64,000 bases of DNA from Octopus sinensis. Its lineage: Eukaryota. The notes under the pieces are model-generated. The model was not told the origin of the DNA. It saw only the letters and a program-made list of their open reading frames with translations, and did not search any database. The position numbers and the translations under genes were made by a program. This document shows positions 55,724-64,000 of this stretch, piece by piece; position 1 is the stretch's first letter; each line of letters starts with the position of its first letter. Location of the stretch: the NCBI RefSeq assembly GCF_006345805.1, contig NW_021832437.1:1-64000 (forward strand), given 5' to 3'.

Positions 55724-56440
55724 TATACTGAGAAAAAGGAGGCAGTCAGAATCTTTTAATAACCCTTTATTAGAGCTTTCGCACATTTACGAACTCGTCA
55801 AGACGAAATCAAAATCAAAAGGCTAAATAGAAAGATAGAGGGAGAGAGGGAGAGAGAGAGAGAGAGGGGGGAGAGAGGGAGAGAGGGAGAGAGAGAGAGA
55901 GAAAGAGAGAGGGAAGTTTATTTCCAATTTGATGTTGTCCTTTCTTTGAAATTTCATTTCGTTTTTTCTTTCTCTTTTCTTTTTTTCTTTCTACATTGTA
56001 TACCCATCAACGTATTTGTAAATAAGTACATTTTCTCACAAGTACTGGTGACCTTTCAAAGGTGTCAATTTTAGGAAGTAAGATGGAAGAAATAAGAAAA
56101 GGGGGAAAATATTAGTGTATGTCCGTTTTTTTGTAAAACATGTCTGTTGTGACTGTAAAGTGGTGTATTTTTATGTAGATATCCAGGAATGGTAATTCAT
56201 TGCAACTGGATTCTGTCATGAATTTGGTAGATGGATGAAGTTGAGTATATTATTAAATGCTTGTAGGTCCTCATTTGATTTATCCCAAAAGATGAAGCAA
56301 TCATTGCAGAAGCGTTTCCACTTTTTAAACGTTCTGTTTTCACCATTTTGATTTTGATTTTGTCTTGAGTTCGTAAACGAACGAAAGCGCTAATAAAGGG
56401 TTATCCAAAATTCTGACTGCTTCCTTTTTCTCAATGTATA
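55724..56440 (-). mobile_element. Penelope-like RT fragment between ~95 bp inverted terminal repeats
   Basis: KKWKRFCNDCFIFWDK..NELPFLDI at 56170-56345. Inverted repeat at 55724-55820 and 56346-56440, each with a decayed hammerhead (TGACGAGTTCG..GAAAGCGCTA). Confidence 0.75.
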
Positions 56441-56642
56441 TATATATCGTAAAAATTTTAATCTCGTTTGGCTTAACAGCCCTTCTTGTTTGTGCTACTG
56501 TTAGTCTCCTTGTCCTGTCTTTTACTGTTTATATTTTGTACTGTCGTTACTGTCCTGTTTTTGTTACCATTTTTACCCCTCCGCAAAAAAATCTCAAATT
56601 TTATTTAATTTGATTTTCGCGGGAAGGATTGTTTTATTAAAG

Positions 56643-56715
56643 CCATGTATCGCCTTGACCTTCGAAACGTGGTGTAGATGAAACAAAGGCGACTGAAGAA
56701 GGGGAATTTTCCTTG
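56643..56715 (+). ncRNA. Candidate non-circularly permuted hammerhead ribozyme, copy 2
   Basis: CCATGT A TCGCCTT GAC CTTC GAAACGTGG ..13 nt.. AAGGCGA CTGAAGA A GGGG. Stem I is 7 bp, stem III is 6 bp and stem II is 4 bp with two GU pairs. Confidence 0.5.
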
Positions 56716-56918
56716 TTTTGTATGTCCTGTACTCTATTTTTTCGTTGTTTAAGAAAAATGTCCATTTCCTTAGTTTTGTGTTTATGTTTTCGTTTCTCAT
56801 CGTGTTCGACGATTTTTGGTGTCCTGTACCCATATATGCATGTATATATACATGTAGAGGTAGGTACGTACATATATGTATGTATATATACATATGTTTT
56901 ATTTATTTATTAATTTAT

Positions 56919-56970
<52 letters not shown>

Positions 56971-57341
56971 TGTATGTATACACTTCAATTAAAGGTTGTG
57001 TTATCCTCATGAAGGGATGGTTCGATCCAAAGAAATACTGGTTCAATACCTGGTAATTTGGGGGGAATTAATTTCCTTAATATAATACATATAATACATA
57101 TATACATATAACAGCATATAGTTTATAATCATATAAAAGAGGGCAAAGAAAATAGAGATTAGGAAGTTAATAATTGTTTACTAATCATCTTTACTTACAG
57201 CTGTTTCAATTAATACCCAAGAAATATTAAGTAAATATTAGATTTATATTTATATGACCTGAGCATAATATCTTCAAAGGGGTAAAATATAGCCTTGGAT
57301 GTTTTATATGAGTTTGTGGATTCATTATAACAGACTGAATA

Positions 57342-57570
57342 ACTCTTAATTTATCGATCCCAAAAGGATGAAAGGCAAAGTCGACTTCGGCGGAATTTGA
57401 ATGATGGGCGAAACATTTTCTGGGCTAAACATGGGCTAAACATTTTCTCGGCGTGCTAACTATTCGTTCAGCTCGCTGCCATAATAATTATAATAATAAT
57501 ACTTTCTACTATAGGCACAAGGCCTGGAATTTGTGGAGAGGGGACAGTCAATTACATCGACCCCAGTACT
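57342..57570 (-). mobile_element. Two adjacent SINE S1 pieces
   Basis: S1 body at 57342-57480 and S1 tail at 57501-57570. Confidence 0.72.
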
Positions 57571-58349
57571 ACACTCTTATATATATTATTATTTGAGCTC
57601 GACCCAATCTTTTGTTATATAATTGCTTGACCAATTATACAACGCGGCTCTGTTGCCTCTATTTCTTTCTCTTGTAGTGATTATATTATATTAGCGTGTA
57701 TTATGAATTCTTGTATTCCTTGTGCAAAATAAAAGAACATTTAAAAGAAAATTTGTATTTTTTAAAAAAGTACTAATTATAATTATGCTGATAAGTGGAA
57801 TACTCTTAGTGATACTACAATCACTTCTTATAAAACCAATTTTTCTTCCAAAATGATAAACATTGTTACTTCGGTTTTTTTGAAAACATTTAATTGAAAT
57901 GAAATATCAGGCCTAAATGATAATTATAAAATAAAAATTAAAAACCAGTGGTGGCCTTTCCGCTATAAAAACTAGCAATTACGTCAACGTTGTATATGGG
58001 TGAACCAGAAATTGAGCTATCGATGCTAGAATGATAATCTCAATAATAAATGATATAATATAATCTTAAAGAACAAGAAAAATAAACGGAAAAAATTTCT
58101 TGTTTTTCAGAAAAAGTTTTCAACAAAAACGTTCAAACTTATTTTTCTTTAAAAATTTGTTGATTTACAGAAAAAAGGTTTAATAATATGTTGAGCCTTC
58201 AAAATAAAAAAAATAATAATAGGCATTTTGTTGCACTTTTGAAATGCTCATCTCATTAGCAAATGCATTTTATTTTAAAGGTGGGTAGGACACCACCACT
58301 TCATTCCCATTTTATTAAAGTAAGATTAGCTATATCATTACTTTTAGAA

Positions 58350-58720
58350 GCATTTAATGGGGATTAATGACGGAAGGAGGCGTATAATGGAATGAAGGAG
58401 AGGAGAGAAAAAGGAGGGGAGGAGGAGAGGAGAAACATGAAATAAAGCTAAGTCTAAGAACATGGATAATGAGCTATTCGAAGAGAAAAGATGGAAGGAG
58501 GTGAAGGATGGAATGAAGAAGAGAAAAGGGAAAGAAGAAAGAAGAGAGGAAATAAAAAGAGGAAGAGAGAGAGAGAGAGGGAGAGAGAGATAGAGAAGAA
58601 GCACGGAAAAAAGACAGGTCTGGGAAGAAGGATAATGTAACAAATGAAGATGAAGAGAAAGGATTGAAAATGGAACGAAGGAGAGAAAAGGAAAAGAAAG
58701 AGGAGGAAGAAAAGAGTTTA
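58350..58720. repeat. GA-rich low-complexity tract
   Basis: Direct reading. Confidence 0.85.
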
Positions 58721-58870
58721 TTACTAAAACTATTATTTTTTTCAAGATAAATATGAACAAGCACTCAGTTAGTTTCGACGACGAGGGTTCGATCAACGGA
58801 ACAACCATCTCGTGATATTAATATGCAAAGAAATACATTGATTTACAATATATTTATGTGCATGCATGCA

Positions 58871-58904
<34 letters not shown>

Positions 58905-58929
58905 CATACATATATACATACATGCACAC

Positions 58930-60157
58930 AAATTTGGACCTCAGAACTCTCTGCATTCAATAAAACAGTGGCCCGCAATGTGTTTGCAGTGCCAGTACTC
59001 ATACCAACATTTGGGCTGCTTGATTGGACGCTTGATGAGAACCAAGCCATTGATGTGAAAACCCGGAAAATGCTAACCAGCACACATATTTTTCACATAA
59101 ACAGTGACGTAGACCGCCTCTACCTAAAACGAAAACACGACGGCAGAGGCTTAATATCGATCTAAAATGCCTTTGAATGTCGTATACAGCCCTTCGAAAC
59201 CTCTTTAACTACCAAGTGTTAAAGTGCATCCCTTGACCAAGTCTGCATACACGGGGCTGATAACATCATAAAACTTGGAAGATAGGTCCTTGAGCAGCGT
59301 TCCATGCCTGATAACCTTAAATACATGCCCAAAGAAGTCACATGACTCTACTGCATTGTATCATTAGATGAAAAGATGAGTCTGTATGGGCAGAAGACTA
59401 TGCAGGGATATGTTAGAAGAACGCTCCGTGATGGTTAGCATTGATCATCAAAGCAATATATCACGGACCAATAGCCGGATTACGACCTCCCACTTTGAAG
59501 GGTATGCGTCTGCAGGAAATATCAACCAAATACCTGATGCACAATGGGGGTATAGATGCAGGAAAAGCAGTAAAATGTGACTTTGTGGAATTAACACCGA
59601 AGATATCACCCACATGATAAGCAGTTGTCCGAAAATGTCATCAGGGTATTATCTACTGAAGAGACATGATGCAGTAGTTAGGACACTCTATAATGAAATC
59701 CGTCGGAAGGATAACCCCGAGAACAAAGAAATAAGAATCCACTGTATGGTAGCAGCCATAGCCACGCATAATAAAAAAGAAGACTGGTGGAATGTACCTG
59801 TGAAAACCTCAATAAAATGTAAGCACAACAAACTTGATATGATGATTTCGGATAGAGAAGAGAAACTGTGTACAGAAGTTTATCATTTAAATATATATGA
59901 GAATATTTAGATCTACTCACATAAAACATACAAATCTGCACATACATACATACAGACAAACATACATACATACATACATACATACATACATACATACATA
60001 ATACATACATACATACATACATACATACATACATACATACATACAAAAATATCCTGTTGTTGATGTTCAAGTTCCAATGAAGGAGCCTTGAATCTAGGTT
60101 AGAAACCGGCTCTTTCTCTATTGGCAAGAAATCTTGAAAAAAAAAAATGAATAAGGA
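58930..60157 (+). mobile_element. Family T R4-like element, longest copy, flanked by (TACA)n
   Basis: NKTVARNVFAVPVLIPTFGLLDW..SDVDRLYLKRKHDGRGL; EDITHMISSCPKM..KRHD; KHNKLDMMI.DREEKL; then UTR1, (TACA)n and the terminal module. Confidence 0.85.
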
Positions 60158-60250
60158 CATACATACATACATGCATATATACATACATACATACATACAT
60201 ACATACATACATACATACATACATACATACATACATACATACATACATAC

Positions 60251-60701
60251 AGACCTGATATAATGATTTGGGATGCAGAAGAAAAATTGTGTAGTGTTGC
60301 GAAAATTAGCTGCTCAGCGGATGTTAACATAAAGCTGAAGATCAGTTAAAAAAAGAATACCTATGTTGAACTATTGAGAAATCTGCAGTTACTCTATCCA
60401 GATTACAAGTTCAGGATTATGCCCTGGGATTTGGGCCCTGGGATATGTAACACACTACCGAAATACCAATCTTGAGAAATTAGGCTTCTCAAAACAAGAA
60501 AGGAGAACGCTGATTCAAAGACTACCGATCCAATCCATCACCAGAACTGTAAAATCTGTAACCTTCCCAGAAGTTTGCCATTTAAATATATAAGACCATA
60601 TCTAGACATACAACTGTATGTACGAGAATATATGCATAAAACAAAACATACAAATCTGCACATATACATACATACATACATACATACATACATACATACA
60701 T

Positions 60702-60734
<33 letters not shown>

Positions 60735-60897
60735 TACATACATACATACATACATACATACATACATACATACATACATACATACATACAAAAATACCCT
60801 GTTGATAATGTTGAAATTCCAATGAAAGCGTCTTGGATCTAGGTTAGAAATCGACTCTTTCTTATTGGTAAGAAATCTTAAATAAGCTGAATAATGC
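60251..60897 (+). mobile_element. Family T 5'-truncated copy in tandem
   Basis: RPDIMIWDAEEKLC..KISCSADVNIKLKI..TYVELLRNLQLLYPDY; same bipartite UTR. Confidence 0.85.
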
Positions 60898-61001
60898 CAT
60901 ACATATTTACAAACATGCATACATACATATATGACTTTCAGGTAATTAACACCAGAGGCTTTGTGAGAGCATTCCCCACCTCCCCATACCGTAGCCTACC
61001 G

Positions 61002-61196
61002 AGAAATACCTGAAGCGTATACGTTAAGTATAACTGGTTGATAATGTCTATTAGTCTAGTGCTACTAGAAATACCTGAAGCGTATACGTTAAGTATAACT
61101 GGTTGATAATGTCTATTAGTCTAGTGCTACTAGAAATACCTGAAGCGTATACGTTAAGTATAACTGGTTAATAATGTCTATTAGTCTAGTGCTGCT
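61002..61196 (+). repeat. 3 x 65 bp tandem repeat
   Basis: Units start at 61002, 61067 and 61132 and are nearly identical. Confidence 0.95.
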
Positions 61197-61559
61197 TCTA
61201 TTTCATATATATATATATTTTTGCATTGAGAATCCCTCCTCGCTGATGACGAGTCAATACCCCAAAACTCGGATCCGTGTGTATCACGTCAGGCTGGAGA
61301 TGGGAAAGATGACTTCCCTTTGCGAATACTGATGGGGCACAGATAGTATGTCAATAGCCACCTGGCGGAGATGTCTTTCTGGGGCTACAACCTATAGTAG
61401 CATCGATCCTTAAGGGTTAGCCACATTTAGGTGGGAAATATAACTCACGATGTCGTGCTTCTACTTTTTATATCTCGCTCAGAGATTTATTATTGTATAT
61501 ATATATGTGTGTGTGTGTGTATGTATATCACATGATCACATGTTGCTACACATCGCTAC

Positions 61560-61828
61560 ACATCGCTGGTCACAATGCTCTTCGCATTGGTTTAGCCTTC
61601 ACATGACGCCACCCCACTGGCTAAGCGAGCAGGCCAACAGAAGAAAGAGTGAGAGAAAGTTGCGGCGAAAGAGTACAGCAGGGATCGCCCCCCCCCCCTG
61701 CCAGAGCCTCGTGCAGCTTTAGGTGTTTCGCTCAATAAACACTCACAACGCCCGGTCTGGGAATCGAAACCGTGATCCTACGACCGCGAGTCCGCTGCTC
61801 TAACCACTGGGACATTGCGCCTCCACGC
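61560..61828 (-). mobile_element. tRNA-derived SINE S4
   Basis: Minus-strand head GGCGCAATGTCCCAGTGGTTAGAGCAGCGGACTCGCGGTC..GGTTTCGATTCCC. Confidence 0.75.
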
Positions 61829-61869
61829 GTATGTATATATGTATGTATATATGTATGTATATATGTATG

Positions 61870-61965
<96 letters not shown>

Positions 61966-62229
61966 ATGTATGTATGTATGTATGTATGTATGTATGTATA
62001 AACCATGTTGTTTGAAAAGATATGTAAGTTATTTCTTTATTATCATGCGGGTTCACACAGATGGGGACAATACAATGATTTGGGGTCAAATGGAAATATA
62101 TACAGTGAAATCGAATGGATTAATTACAATGAAAATGAAAATGAAATTGAACAAGAACAAACAAATAAAAAGGGACAATGAAATCAATGACCCCACGAGC
62201 CCCGTCATTTTAACTGAAACCTTTTGGTA

Positions 62230-63170
62230 AGTGATCATGGCGTGTTCATGCAAGGCCTTTCACCCCTAGCATTCGTGCAACACGCATCCATCTTTTTTTG
62301 AATACAGACTCTGACAGACACCTTTTCTCTAGCCCACCTTCCTTTTCAGATGGAACCTGAAAAAGTTCGTTAGGGCGGTGCCAGAGATCATGGTGTCTGA
62401 CATTATACCTTTCACTCTAGTCTTCCATATAACCTCTTTCGCAACTGCTACTGTCGCGAGAAAGCAATGCTTACCTTCGTTCGTCATGAAACCAGGCGGG
62501 TCAATTTTTAAGATTGACTCAGACGACAGCTGTACTCTTCCTCCGTCCGACAACAGGTGTTCGGCATAAACCCACACTTCCGAAATTTCCGGACACTGAA
62601 CAATGGCGTGCAGGACTGTTTCCACATCCTGCCCGCATCTTGGACAGGCCGAAGGTCCACTGTGACCATGCCTTGTGAGTTTATTTCGAACGGGTAAGGC
62701 TCCACTGTAACACTGCCAGGCCAATGACTTCTGAAAGTTATCCTGTGTCCCTGGTCCGAATGTCCTTTGGAATAGGCTGTCTAACTGATTACCATCGAGA
62801 CCTAGGGTCTTTCCCAGGGTATCGTCATTTCCGGCCTCTACCAACCTGCTATAGAACGCTGCAGTGGAACCAAAGCCACCGGCATTGCCCGAGCTGCGGA
62901 AGCGTAAGAGAGCCTTCCGGCACTCCGAATACCACATACTCGATCTTAGTCTGCGACGAAACCAGGTTTCTCTACCACCAAAACAGGCAAAGCTGGGGAC
63001 CACTTTGCGAGCGGGGACCACACCCGTTCACCTTCCAGGTAGAGCCAAAGATGCCCCAACCTCAGCGCATGTCTGCGCATCAACAGCCAAGGCATCCCTA
63101 ACCCACCCTTTAATGGCTTTTGACAACAGATAGAACCTCTCACAAGAGGAGTGGAACCCTTCCACAAAAA
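62230..63170 (-). mobile_element. Tx1/L1-clade LINE 3' fragment (zf-RVT)
   Basis: GGLGMPWL; LAWQCYSGALPVRNKL..CPRCGQDVETVLHAIVQC..KEVIWKTR. Confidence 0.85.
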
Positions 63171-63173
63171 GCG

Positions 63174-64000
63174 AAAATGATTATTTCCATGTATCCCATT
63201 GTTAAATTCGCAATGACTGGTGCTGCCCTTGTACCCATAGCAATTCCGGATTTTTGACGGTAAAATGTATTGTCAAACATGAAGTGGTTATTGTGTAGGA
63301 TGAATTCAATTGATTTAGTAATGAATTCTTTACTGATCCTTTTTGGTATTTCTTCCGGAAATTGGTCTAACCAGAACTGTATTGCCTCCAGTCCATAATT
63401 ATGAGGTATACTGGTATACAAGTTGACTACATCAAATGAAACCAGGATTGTTTCTTCCTTGGCTTTTTTTGGAAGGTGGTTTAACATATCTAAGTCATCT
63501 CTGATATGGCTATCGATATGTTTAAGAAACGGTTTCAGGAGGATGTCCATAAGTAGACTTAGTCTGTGTGTTTCACAAGTTGGGCCAGCTGGAAATAATC
63601 ATTTACCAGGAATCTTTATCAATCTTTGGAAACCCCCTCTCTCAATACATAAAAGAGAACTGGAAACGATTCTTAGACGATTGTTTTATTCTCTGGAATG
63701 AAAACACAGATAAACTCCTAAAATTTAAAAACCTATTGAACAGCATAAACCCAAATATACAGTTCACAATGGAATACAACCAAAAGGAGCTCCCGTTCTT
63801 GGATATACTAATTAAAAAAATTAACCTTAGAATAGAAACAGACATTTTCTACAAAACCACAGACGCCAAACAATACCTTCTCTTTAATTCATGCCACTCA
63901 AGACACACTAAAACAAACATCCCCTTCAACCTTGCAAGAAGGATATGCACAATAGTGTCAGAACAAAATACCAGGAACTTTAGACTGCAAGAACTCAAAA
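63174..64000. mobile_element. Penelope-like RT with inverted 5' segment; runs off the window end
   Basis: Minus 63174-63592: LVSFDVVNLYTSIP..GIAMGTRAAP..GYMEIII. Plus from 63590: EIIIYQE..WKRFLDDCFILW..LPFLDILI..FNLARRICTIVS. Confidence 0.9.

Noticed and set aside
58930-60900. CRISPR-like repeat-spacer pattern from recurring modules
   Set aside because: Eukaryotic context; the modules are LINE 3' ends separated by microsatellites.

Overview
AT-rich animal genomic DNA made almost entirely of transposable-element remains and microsatellites. The SINE families and the (TA)n/(AAT)n/(TACA)n load resemble octopus or cephalopod DNA; this is inferred from recall, not searched. I recognise no host gene exon. 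Main components: (1) about 18 fragments of at least 7 R4/Dong-clade non-LTR retrotransposon families (RT, CCHC finger, restriction-like endonuclease), nearly all in (AAT)n tracts with fixed polarity. These include one near-full-length 4 kb copy, and a non-coding ~530 bp element shares the same target. (2) A separate R4-like family in (TACA)n tracts, carrying a (TACA)n tract inside its own 3' UTR. (3) Several Penelope-like elements (RT, GIY-YIG) with inverted terminal repeats, a fold-back palindrome, an internal inversion and minimal hammerhead ribozyme motifs. (4) CR1, L2-like and Tx1/L1 LINE fragments, a decayed Buster-type hAT with a nested MITE, a palindromic MITE, Helentron-like HINEs and several tRNA-derived SINEs. 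The most unusual signal is a two-copy repeat (42.5 kb and 56.6 kb) whose hammerhead core strands occur in a non-circularly permuted order, with compensatory base changes between the copies. All alignments and folds were done by eye, so ends are approximate unless a junction is quoted.
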